Of a stretch of 64,000 nucleotides of DNA, positions 53,134-64,000 are shown piece after piece. Location of the stretch: contig JAWMAR010000384.1 of NCBI GenBank assembly GCA_036785375.1, positions 310,001-374,000 of the forward strand, in the 5' to 3' direction. Both the position numbers and the translations under genes were made by a program. The notes below the pieces were generated by a model that saw only the letters and a program-made list of their open reading frames with translations, searched no databases and was not told where the DNA came from. The DNA comes from Leucoraja ocellata. Its lineage: Eukaryota. Position 1 is the stretch's first letter. Every line of letters starts with the position of its first letter.

Positions 53134-53174
<41 letters not shown>
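52887..53174 (+). mobile_element. AT-rich retro-insertion (probable LINE 3' UTR) with AATAAA and (TA)n tail
   Basis: AATAAA at 53119-53124; 11-bp flanking repeat atatttgataa at 52876-52886 and 53175-53185. Confidence 0.55.
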
Positions 53175-53181
<7 letters not shown>

Positions 53182-53868
53182 ATAAGGCCTGTTGGTATTA
53201 GCATTGCAGATTCCCCCTTGACCACCCCCACTTGTTCATGTCCATTATTTGGTGACCTTTGAACCCTAGAATATGACGTCTTCCAGTCATTTCATAGATC
53301 ATAGAAAATCTATGGCCTTGACATGCCCTGATTTTGCCCCTGTAGTTGTTTTTTTTTAAAGGCTTGTTCTGTTATTTCAAACTGTTTTGAATGTTTAATG
53401 GCATTGCTTCTTTCAGGGGATGCACTTGACATGTTCTGTTACAATCGCCCTCTCCCAGATCTCCAAATGATTTATAATCAGATATATTTTCCTGGTTCTC
53501 TCTGTTGCTGGCTTAATACTTGTCACACCCCTCCAAATTCAGTCAGCACACGAGACGCATCCTTTGCTCCCTCAACTTTATTCCTACCTAACAGCAGTCC
53601 ATCCAACTTCACTTTGATGCCATTGTTAACTAATTGCATTGATAGTTATCGAGTCTGAAGCAGTGTTCAGCATCTCCTTCATCCTTTCCACCAAAAAAAA
53701 TTGTTCCTTTCAAAAATGTAAATGGTGCTAGATCCACCAAAATGAATTCCCTCTGTCCAGGGTCATCCATTTAACTACCTCCAATCAGATTTCATTCTTT
53801 CAGCAAACCTTAGCAAATCCTTAATGGCATTATACATGACCATGGGGGCCCTTTTTGCACTAAGATAA

Positions 53869-53976
53869 GAAACGTTGCCTATCTCCTTCGCTCCATAGAT
53901 GCTGCTGCACCCGCTGAGTTTCTCCAGCATTTTTGTGTACCTTCGATTTTCCAGCATCTGCTGTTCCTTCTTAAAC
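53869..53976 (+). mobile_element. Penelope-derived short element (family A), single arm
   Basis: Starts at gaaacgttgcc; same terminus as the other family A copies. Confidence 0.75.
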
Positions 53977-54499
53977 CCTTTTTGCACTTCCTGAATTACC
54001 TGATATTTTTGAGATAGCTAACCACGTAATCTCTGATGCATATCCATGCCAACCAAGTGGGTTTTAATCACCCAAGAAACTTAATGACCTGTCCCAGGCA
54101 GTTAAGGTTTACACCACTGAAAATAGTTGTATTGGTTTGATTCGAACTACCTTAATGTAATGTTAAGGAACAGCTGGGAACACTGGATAGATTCAAGCCT
54201 ATGCAACCCAATGGTTGCAGTTGTGTTCCAGGGCAAGATGTACCTCTAGCAAAGTTACAACACTGGAAATATGAAATATTGCCCAGGCATGTTCAGCCCC
54301 ACAATATTCAGCCCCGTCCATCCAATGCTAATCATGAGCAATGTGACAGTAGATGTCACCAACATTGCAATCTATTTCACCTGCATCACTCAGCGCTGGT
54401 CCTCATTACAGCCTTAATCTACTCGTGCAAAAAAGAGTAGCATTTCACTAAGTAAGGCCATGGGAAAATTAAAATAACAATCCCCTCTCCCATCATAGG

Positions 54500-55492
54500 T
54501 GAGGCCCTCACTCGTGTCTCCTCGATACCCTGCAGCTCTGCCCTTGCTCCCCCTCCCCCTAATCCGGAGTCCCTCTAGTCGTTTCCTTCCACCCCATCAG
54601 CCATCGCATACAACACATAATCCTCTGAAATTTCTGCCACCTCCACTGGGATCCCACCACTAGCCACATTTTCCCATCTCCACCCCTTTCCGCCTTCTGC
54701 AGAAACCATTCCCTCCACACCTCTATGGTTAACTCATCCCTTCCCAAGCAAACTACCCCCTCCCCAGGTGCCTTCCCCTGCAACCGCAGAAGATACAACA
54801 CCTGTTGCTATACCTCCTCCCTCGACTCTGTCCAGGGACCCCGACAGTCCTTTCAGGTTATGCAGAGGTTCACTTGCACCTCCTCCAACTACATCTACTG
54901 TATCTGTTGTTTAAGATGTGGACTCTTATACACCGCGATACCAAACGCAGACTGGCGATCGTTTCGCGAAACACCTTCGCTCAGCCTGGGTGAACCAACC
55001 TGATCTCCCTTTTGATGGACACTTTAATTCTCCTTCCCATTCCTGCAGGAGACCTTCCTGGCCTCGGTCTCCTCCATTGTCAGAGTGAGGCTAAACGTAA
55101 ATTGGAGGAACAGCATCTCATAATTCGCTTGGGCAGCTTACAGCCCAGTGGTATGAGTATTGATTTCACTCAATTCAGGTAGCCAAGGCATTCCCTCTCT
55201 CTCTCTATCCCTCCCCCTCCCAAGTCGCACTAGTCTCATTTTCACCCTACAAACAGCTCGCACAGCCCGTTTCCTTTATCATCATTACTTTTTTGCATCT
55301 TTCATTCATTGTTCTTTATCTTTTCACATCTATATCTCTCGTTTCCCTTATCCCTAACCAGCCTGAAGAAGGGTCTCGACTCGAAATGTCACCCATTCCC
55401 TCTCTCCAGAGATGATGCCAGCCCCACTGAGTTACTCCAGCTTTTTGTGTCCATCTTCAGATTAAACCAGCATCTACAGTTCCTTCTAACAC
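54500..55492 (+). mobile_element. Penelope-like element remnant: GIY-YIG endonuclease end, 3' UTR and pLTR
   Basis: PCNRRR.NTC..FTCTSSN.IYCI.C..CGLLY, then RLA.RF.EH and E..LI.RLG.LQP.G in shifted frames. Continues into the family-B short-element sequence from 55363. Confidence 0.88.
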
Positions 55493-57476
55493 TCTCAGTA
55501 CTTTGGCTGCAAGATCATGTATTATCCAGCGAGTGACTTGCCTTCTGATTCTCCAATGCTACTGAGAGCACTGCACCCATTTTGAAAATCTTGCATGGAT
55601 GCATTCGTCATCATCCAGAACATGCGAATGATCCAACATCCTAAATATTTCCTTCTTGGATCACCTGGTGCATAAATGTTCAAACCTTCTCTGACATCTA
55701 AACCAACCTACAACCTTTACAGCCTTTAGCAGCAGATGCAAAGGTACACAACTACTTGGAGTTCTCCCCCAATTCATGCATCTTCCTGGCTTGGGAATGT
55801 ATTACCATTCTGTTAATGTCAATATCGTGAGATTTCCTATCCAACTGAACTGTGACAGTGCCTTCGCCATAGTGGCTGCAGTGGCTTATGAAGTGCACAT
55901 GACTAGTTTTATAAGGACAATGGAATTAAGGATCGGTGTTAAAAGCTGACTCTGTTCTTGAAGCATCCTGTGAAGGAATAAATACATTTCTATGCAACTG
56001 ACTTCCACCCACAATTCACAAAGTTCCTACATTGTCTCCCTACTTTCAACAAATCTTGTCGCAGTAACTGGGGTTCCCTTTTTCTTGAATCTATAAACGA
56101 TGCATTTATTGTCTCTGTTCCACTACTCCATGTTGCTAACTGTGTCCTCAAGAACATCTATTATATTTACCAGACAAGCACATGCAATATATTATGTCAG
56201 TGCTGGAAAGGCTACGGTGAGTCAATGGTTAAGCTATTTATTGCAGAAGATCCCGCCTTTGACCTTCTCCAGTCACCAATGTGCTGTTCCATTTAAGATC
56301 TGTTCAGTGCTGACTATCTAGGAAACTGATCCTGAGAACCTACCAATGGTAATGCCATTGAATATCACAGGAAAGAGATCCAGCTCACTTGCCTGAAATG
56401 TGTTGCGATTGTAATTTGCCACCATTGCAGAAGCCTGGAAGAATTCATGAAAGAAAGTCATATTGGACAAATGAAGTACGATTGTATAGGGAACATAATG
56501 GGAAAGTGTAGTATACCTGTAATTTGAGAAAGCATTTGCAATATAAAGCCAGTCTATGGGTTTATGAGTGACATTCCAGCATGGACAATGGGTTGGTCAG
56601 AGCAAGAAAACATATTGCAATAATTACTGGGTCTTCTTCCAATAGCAGTTTAGGGTTGGCCAAAGGAATCAGCACTGACCCTCGATTATTCACAGTTTCA
56701 TAAATGACTCAAATGAAATACCAGAATGTAAATGTATGCTGATGATATGAAACTGGATGGGAAAGTTAGCTTCAAGAAGGGCACAGTCTCATCACAGATA
56801 ATGACTAGTTAATGATGTGGCCAAGATGATGGCAGATGGAACATAAAGGGGGGGGGGGGGGGGGGGGGATGTTAAATTGTGCATTCAGTTAGGAAAAATG
56901 GGAATGCTGTATTCTTAAATATTGTTGTCTTCATATTCTTTGTTTCTGTCCTGGTTGATGGCTGAACCACCCGGATTTGATATCATCCCCAAATTGAGTT
57001 TTAATTCCACAGTTTAATTTTTTAATACAAATTGTGAATATATGTGGGTTTTTTTTAAAATCATTTTCGTTCCAGGAGCTCACCTTTTGTCAATTTAAAA
57101 AGCAGATCTTTATCCCCTCTCTAATTTCTGTTTTGAGAATAAGTACCTATTCATGCTGCTGCGTCTTCAATGTCCTCATGTTTTTATTGATCTATTATGT
57201 GATTTTTTTCCATAGGCTGTTTGGAAATTAGGTATATTAAATCTATTGCATTAATTTCTGGATTCCATTCAAAGATTAAATCTATTTAAGTTATTTTTAA
57301 AATATTTTTTGGTAATGTTTCATTGTTTTTCACAAGAAAGAGGTGTGCTATCATGGTATTTTGCATCAACATCTAGAGACCAGAGCCATTGATCTGGAGA
57401 TGTGATCAAATCCTATGATACCTGCTGAGGAATTTAAATTCAAGTATTAAATGAATCAGATTATCCATAAATGACA

Positions 57477-57685
57477 GATAGACACAAAATGCTGGAGTAA
57501 CTCTGCAGGACAGGCAGCATCTCTGGAGAGAAGAAATGGGTGACGTTTCGGGCCGCGACCCTTCTTCAGACTGAAGAAGAGTCTCGACCCGAAAAGTCAC
57601 CCATTTATTTTCTCCAGAGATGCTGCCGGTCCCACTGAGTTACTCCATCATTTTGTGTCTATCTTCAACCAGCATCTGCAGTTCT
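57477..57685. mobile_element. Penelope-derived short fold-back element (family B)
   Basis: Arms invert about cttcttcag-a-ctgaagaag. Confidence 0.8.
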
Positions 57686-59642
57686 TTCCCATTCTTAAAT
57701 CACATTTGGTTCTCAGGAGGCCTTCATGTTGGGGAGATCTGCCATCCTTCTCCAGTTTGGCCTATTTGTCCTTCCAGATTCCAAGCAAACTGTGTCCAAA
57801 ATAGTAGGCACGTTACTCGGTAGAGGGGCAATTTGGTATGGGCGATAAAATGTTAGCCTGGTCAGCAAAATCCACATCCCATGATTAAATAAATAAAACA
57901 TTAATCTGACGGCTCAGTGGTTCACCAGATTGTTCTTGAACATAAACATACTGCTGTCCACCTTCCAAGTAACCATTCACTCTCACTCCATCCCTTCCCC
58001 TTCCTAGTTGGCCTGCTAATTCCACTGTTTGTATCCATTTGTTATTACCTACTCCACAGCCAACAATAGACCATTGTGGACTTGTTGGCCATTGGTGCCG
58101 GCTCTGGTTTGTTTTTTACCTTTTCACACCTTTAGTTCCCCTCTCCCCTGTCCATCAGTCTAAAGAGGGTTCTCGACCCGAAACATCACCTATTCCGTTT
58201 CTCCAGAGCTGCTGCCTGACCCGCTGAGTTACTCCAGATTATGTCTGCCTTCTGACGTCCTTGCTTAACAATTTTTTTAAACTATATATTACATTGTCTC
58301 TCCTGTCTCCTTCTGAGATTCTTTTAAAACATGTATTATCAATTTTACTGGATCAGGATTTGTACCTTGTATGAGTTCATTCAATACGCCTTTCTGTGTA
58401 TTTATACTTGTTATATAATTTCTCATCTTTCTCTTTATAATTTCTAATCTTGTCACCCGAAGTCTTATTCAAACAATTCCCTCTTTCTCTTTAATATTCA
58501 TACCCAAATAATAGTCACAGAGTCATTTATCACAGAAACATGTCCTTTGGCCCACCGGATCTAACCCAACTCAGTATACTAATCCCAATTTCACCAGAAA
58601 TTGGTCCATAGCCTTCCATGTGTGCCAATTCAAGTGCTATTCTAGATACTTCTTAAAGGGTGTGAGTGTGCCTGCCTCCAAAAAGCATGCATTGCATCCC
58701 TTCCCATTTCGTGATTATGTTTGCTTATCAGGTTTTCCATGGCAGAAATGGCACCACGCTAAATCAACATATAAAATGTTCAAATATCACCACTCCAACC
58801 TTCTCATCACCACCACAAATCCCATGGGAAATGTGGGTAAACCATAAACACCTTACCATGTCTTGTTGCAAATCTGGATTACCAATCACAAATATTTAAA
58901 TGGTAACCTCAAATGTGTTGGAAACTGGTATAACGAGATACATTGTGCCTGTCGGCGAACACTGGGGGCGGAGTAAGAGCGAGTGTGCACGACATAGGCC
59001 CCGAAGAACAAATACTCCCTGGTGTTTGGATGAGTGATTTCAAGCCAAATCCCTGTATGCACTAACCCTCTATGCTGTTATAGTAGGCACATTCGCACAT
59101 CAACATCCCTCTCATTGGGGAATGCAAGGTTATTCAGAGCGAACTACCTCAAACTGCGGCCAAATTAGGGGATTTCACAGCCAGACAGCGACCCTGCGGA
59201 ATGACAGAGGTGGCTTTACCCTGTGATGGTTTCCCACTGGATTCCTGCATACGGAACTCATCCCGTCCATTCCCCAGGCCTCATTCTTGACCGCAATCAG
59301 CTGCTGCTGGCCGCAAGTAGCTTGGCCTCATTTGCTTTGCAAATCTATGCACAACGTTGTTTATATGGGCTTGAGGGGGGGGGGGGGGGGGGGGGGAAGA
59401 GACACATGGGATGTGAATGTGGTACAGAGCGATGCCGGGTGAGAGTGGGAAACAGACCCGAAACAGGGATGCCGAGATCGACGTGAAAATTAAAATTCCA
59501 TAACGGGAACGCAAATACAATGTGAAAATTGCCCGTGAGGTTCCACCCTATTTGCATGTCGCTTTACACGGAGAATGGCCGGAGATTTCAGCCGGCTCGA
59601 TTATATTAAGGAAAGAAAAACAGGACACAGTCTGGAACTCAC

Positions 59643-59653
59643 CTCCTTCTCCT
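59643..59653 (-). CDS. SEPTIN5: Septin 5 11-nt microexon AGGAGAAGGAG, completing E-E-K-E
   Basis: ccag|AGGAGAAGGAG|gtgagt. Converts phase 1 of exon 1 to the phase 0 needed by the exon at 5209. Corresponds to human E-D-K-Q. Confidence 0.85.
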
Positions 59654-59871
59654 CTGGATGCCGCAGGAGCAGCGAGCGCATCGGGGGAAGCGGCGGCGGT
59701 CGTTGAAATACGGCAGGTTCAGTATCCCAGCGACGCCCATCGGCAGCGGGCAGAGAAAGGAGAGGCAGTGAATGGAAAGGTTCATTCAGTAACACAAGAG
59801 ACCTCTGGCAAGTGCTAATCGGGTTCGGGTTGTATGTGGGGTTTTTTTTCGCGGAGATCAATGCAACTTAC

Positions 59872-59914
59872 CCGATTTCAGCATTCGGCTTTTAAATCTG
59901 ACGTTGCTGACCAT
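59872..59914 (-). CDS. SEPTIN5: Septin 5 first coding exon (distal-promoter isoform), MVSNVRFKSRMLKS(E)
   Basis: ATG in gccacaATGG context, 43 nt, phase-1 donor G|GTAAGT. Peptide resembles the human SEPT5 N-terminus MSTGLRYKSKLATP(E). Lies in a CpG-rich region. Confidence 0.88.
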
Positions 59915-60750
59915 TGTGGCCGATTTAAATCCCTCCGACAGCGGGGAACGCGGAGCCTGATTCACCGAGAGAGCCAGGGTTGCACTGACACCGTGAAACT
60001 GGTACCCAACGCAAGCAAGTGGGCCAATGGCACGCAAGCAAGGGGACGCTCCGGACCAATTGCGTCCGGGAATCAGACGGGTAGCCAATCCGATGCATGC
60101 AGGTACATGATACCTGGCTCATGATACGTTCCCTCGTTCAGCCAATCGTTAGTGCCGGCCCCCAACTGCCAGCCAATCGTTGGTGCCGGCCCCCAACTGC
60201 CAGCCAATCGGCGGGCCCGCAAATGGCTGGGAGAAGAACCAATCAGGTGCAAGGGATGGGTGGTCCAATGGGAGACGGAGAGTGGGCACGGCCAGCCAAT
60301 CAGGCGAGAGTTCAGTCTGGGGAATTAAAAAGGGATACACAACGAGGGGGGATAAAAACAAAAAAACACAAACCCGATCTAGAGATAGCGAGAATATCGA
60401 GAATATCAGCGCAACACTCAACGTTTTGGGATCTATGACAGGAATTAGGCCGTGAAGAAAGACGGATGGGCCGGGAGTCAAAGCGGGAGACGGGCTGGCG
60501 GGCGGTCGGGCCAGGTGCCGGTCCCACACATCGCCCGATATCCCTCTGCACTGATCGCAGCGTCAAACAGCAATGGCGCGACCGGCTCTGGGCAGCGGGA
60601 GGAAGGGGACGGCAATGCATTTCATGTTTATCCTTCTGTTCAAATAGCTTGAGTGGCTATTCAAATAGCTTACACTCTTTTACGTCAAAAATGAGAAAGC
60701 TCCCGGCTGAGCCCCAGAAATGTCTAATCAGACACTCACAATAAGGGAAG

Positions 60751-60933
60751 GTACACAAAAATGCTGGAGAAACTCAGCGGGTGCAGCAGCATCTATGGAG
60801 CGAAGGAAATAGGCAACGTTTCGTCCCGAAACGTTGCCTATTTCCTTCGCTCCATAGATGCTGCTGCACCCGCTGAGTTTCTCCAGCCTTTTTGTGTACC
60901 TTCGATTTTCCAGCATCTGCAGTTCCTTCTTGA
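60751..60933. mobile_element. Penelope-derived short fold-back element (family A)
   Basis: Apex ggcaacgtttcgtcccgaaacgttgcc. Flanking repeat acactca(c/a)aataagggaag at 60732-60750 and 60934-60952. Confidence 0.85.
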
Positions 60934-61519
60934 ACACTCAAAATAAGGGAAGCTGTCGTTGGTCACAGTGAGGAAAACACCACACAACGTACTGCATACA
61001 CCCGGCTGAGGATCACACAGTGAAAACTGAAGGCGTTTGCTCAATGTCTCAGACCTATTTCAAACTGGTTTCTTTTATGTCCCAATTTATGTTTGACTAT
61101 TGGCCATTTGAAATAACCTTAGATTTTTACTCTCTCCTTTTTAAAATGTGACCTGTGTGAACGTAGATAGAATTGCATTCTATCTCTTGAGTAAATTGTC
61201 AATCCTGAAGTGGTCTTTCCCTTAAAATAAGTTAATGGCTTCCTTATTTTATGTTCTTAATCTTTGTTTTCTCCCCACTTGTTAAAACAAACCATAACAG
61301 TCTCCAGATGATTCACTTCCCTTATCCAGTGATGTCACGTCTCGCTTTCATCATCGCATGAAGGTCAGCGATATGAAATGAGCTGAATCAAAGCACAAGA
61401 AAGTGCATAACATATAACAAGAAATGAGTGTGTGGAAACTGCAACCACGTGGAGAGGTGGAAGCAAAGAGAGAGATGCAACCAGTCAGTAAGCTCTCTAC
61501 TGTACAACTGTAGACATTC

Positions 61520-63190
61520 CTTTTATGCTAGTTTCGAGATGGGCAACACCACCCCAGGTCTGCCGACTATCGACAATACCACCAGCGGGCTGGCTAATGA
61601 AGCGGAAGGGAGGAATGTGCACACATTCTCGCTGTCCGAGCACGATGTGAGGAGGGCTCTGACACGGGTGAATACGAGGAAAGCTGCAGGCCCCGATGGC
61701 ATCTCGGGGCGAGTACTCCAGTCCTGTGCTACGCAGCTAGCTCACTACAATATTCAACCTCTCCCTGGACAAGTCCGTGGTCCCTGCCTGCTTCAAAAAA
61801 TCCATCATTGTACTGGTACCAAAAAATGCCTCCCCAGCCTGTCTGAATGACTACGGTCCGGTGGCCCTTACCTCGGTAGTCATTAAATGCTTTGAGAGGC
61901 TGGTGAAGAAACACATCTGCGCTTTCCTACCTCACAACATGGACCCGTTACAGTTCGCATATCGTCCGAACAGATCCACGGACGATGCGGTCTCCCAGAT
62001 TTTGCACACCACTCTCTCTCATCTTGACAGCCAGAAGGTGGGCTACGTGAGGATGCTGTTCATAGACTTCAGTTCAGCCTTCAACACGATAGTCCCCACC
62101 AGACTGGCCGAGAAGCTACTGGAATTAGGGCTCAACACCCCCCTATGCGCCTGGGTCCTGGACTTTCTCACCGCCAGGCCCCAAGTAGTCAAGATGTGAG
62201 GGAATACATCAAAGTCCCTCACCCTGAGCACAGGATCGCCCCAGGGTTGCGTCCTCAGCCCCCTATTGTACTCCCTGTACACACATGACTGTGTGGCTTG
62301 GTTCAGCTCCAACTCAAAAATCAAGTTTGCTGATGACACTGTGGTGGTGGGCCTGATCTCAGACAACGATGAGGAGGTGGCTGATCTGGCATTCTGGTGA
62401 CAGGACAACAGCCTCATCTTGAACATCAAAAAAACTAAGGAGCTGATCGTGGACTTTAGGAGGGCACATCATCTGAGGACATACACACAATTGAGGATAA
62501 ATGGGGATTCTGTGGATAGGGTGAGCTGTTTTAAATATCTGGGAGTCCACATCCATGAGGATATGACATGGACATCACACGCCGCAGCACTCGTGAGTAA
62601 GGCAAGGCAGCACCTTTACCACCTCAGGCAATTGAGGAAATTCAGAGTGTCTCCGAGGATCTTCCAGTGCTTCTACTCAGCGGCTGTGGAAAGCATCTTG
62701 TTGGAAATATTACCATCTGGTTTGGGAATTGCTCTGCCCAGGACAAGAAGGCTCTGCAGAGAGTAGTGCGTTCGGCCGAATGCACCATGGGAACTTCACT
62801 CGCCCCCCTACAGGAACTATACATCAGGAGGTGCAACTCTAGAACCACTAAAATCATGGGAGACCCCTTCCACCCCTGCAGCGGACTGTTCCAGCTGCTA
62901 CGGTCAGGCAAACGCCTCCTTGCCATGCTGTGAGAACAGAGAGGTTGAGAAGGAGTTTCTTCCCAGAGGCCATTCGAACTGTAAACTCCTATCTCACCAG
63001 GGACTAACTTTACTGAACCTTTTTCCTTCCGCCCACCATATTTAATATGTAAAAGAATATGTGATTCTGTTTGGTTTGTTTGGTTGTTTGTTTGTTTGTC
63101 TTTTTGCACAAAGTCCGCGAGCATTGCCACTTTTCATTTCACTGCACATCTCGTATGTGTATGTGACGAATAAACTTGACTTGACTTGAC
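61520..63190 (+). mobile_element. Rex1/Babar LINE, 5'-truncated, RT with frameshifts and stops
   Basis: [61 protein letters not shown] motifs; (CTTGA)n tail. Confidence 0.93.
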
Positions 63191-63199
63191 ATGCCTAAT

Positions 63200-64000
63200 G
63201 ACATAGGAAAGTAGAGGCGTTGATGCGCTTTCAATGTGTTAACGTCAATGTGCTGGGCCCAGGATCTTGAAGATGTTGACTTTCTCCACCGCTCTCTCGT
63301 TGATGAAGACAGGTTCTCAGATTCCCTAGCTTTCCCTTACACATTATAACCAGTAGCTCCTTGGTCTTGCTAATTTTGAGAGCAAGATTGTCTGGTACCA
63401 TTCCAAAAACATTTAATTCTCTTTCCTGTACTCTGACTCATCATTATCTATTATTCTGTCTGAGAATATAAAGATGTTGTTGGAACTGTTGTGTGCCTGG
63501 CTACACAATCATGCATATAGAGATAGTGGAGCAGGGGACTGAGCACACAACCTTGTGGTGCTCCTCTGTTGATACCTATTGAGGTGGAACGGCATTTCGT
63601 TTGGACCTCCAGGGGTCCAAATGACAAATAAATTGATTCTGATTCTGATTCTGAAGTGCTGTTGTCAATTTGTACTGATATTAGCCCTCCAACAAGGAAA
63701 TCGAGGATCTGATTGCATGGTGTCGAACAGAGACCCTGTTCTCAGAGTCTCATGATGTTCAGAGGAGATGAAGGTGTTTAATGCCGAGCTATTGTTGGAG
63801 AAGTATATATTCTTATTATCCAAGTGGCCCAGTGTCAAGTGGAGAGCCAGTGAAATTGCATCCCCTGCTGATCTGTTGTGCTGGTAGGCGAATTGTAGTG
63901 GGTCCAAGTTCTTGTTAAGGCAGGTATTGATATGCGTCACAACCAACTTCTCAAAGCACTTTGTCATCACGGATGGCAGTGCTATCAATTCTTATTCATG
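63200..64000 (-). mobile_element. Older Rex1/Babar RT fragment, with a small 3'-end insertion at 63588-63654
   Basis: ORF 63665-63988: KCFEKLV..DPLQFAY..NRS..DAI. Confidence 0.8.

Larger units (their letters stand above)
59450..60650 (-). promoter_or_regulatory. CpG-island promoter of septin 5 with CCAAT-box cluster
   Basis: High CpG/GC content against a CpG-poor background around exon 1. CCAAT at 60024, 60056, 60085, 60142, 60173, 60204, 60239, 60265, 60296. Confidence 0.8.

Overview
Vertebrate genomic DNA, most likely a cartilaginous fish (skate/ray-like, inferred from HE1/HER1-like and SacSINE-like repeats). The only host gene supported is the 5' half of septin 5 on the minus strand. It has a CpG-rich promoter (~59.5-60.65 kb), a 43-nt first coding exon (59872-59914), an 11-nt microexon (59643-59653), a ~54-kb intron holding an alternative first exon (10912-11001), and three GTPase-domain exons (5113-5209, 2973-3059, 1131-1254). 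The rest of the gene lies beyond position 1. Nearly all other ORFs in the track are TE remnants (CR1, Rex1/Babar, L2, L1, Penelope, V-SINE, DeuSINE, Harbinger-like MITEs) or compositional artefacts. Most notable: (1) many ~100-200 bp Penelope-derived insertions with 11-19 bp target-site duplications that begin or fold back at a hammerhead-ribozyme-like motif; (2) nine same-strand CCAAT boxes at ~31-bp spacing in the septin 5 promoter; (3) several unusually long local duplications flanking retroelements. Family names and human comparisons come from recalled motifs, not database searches. TE boundaries are approximate.
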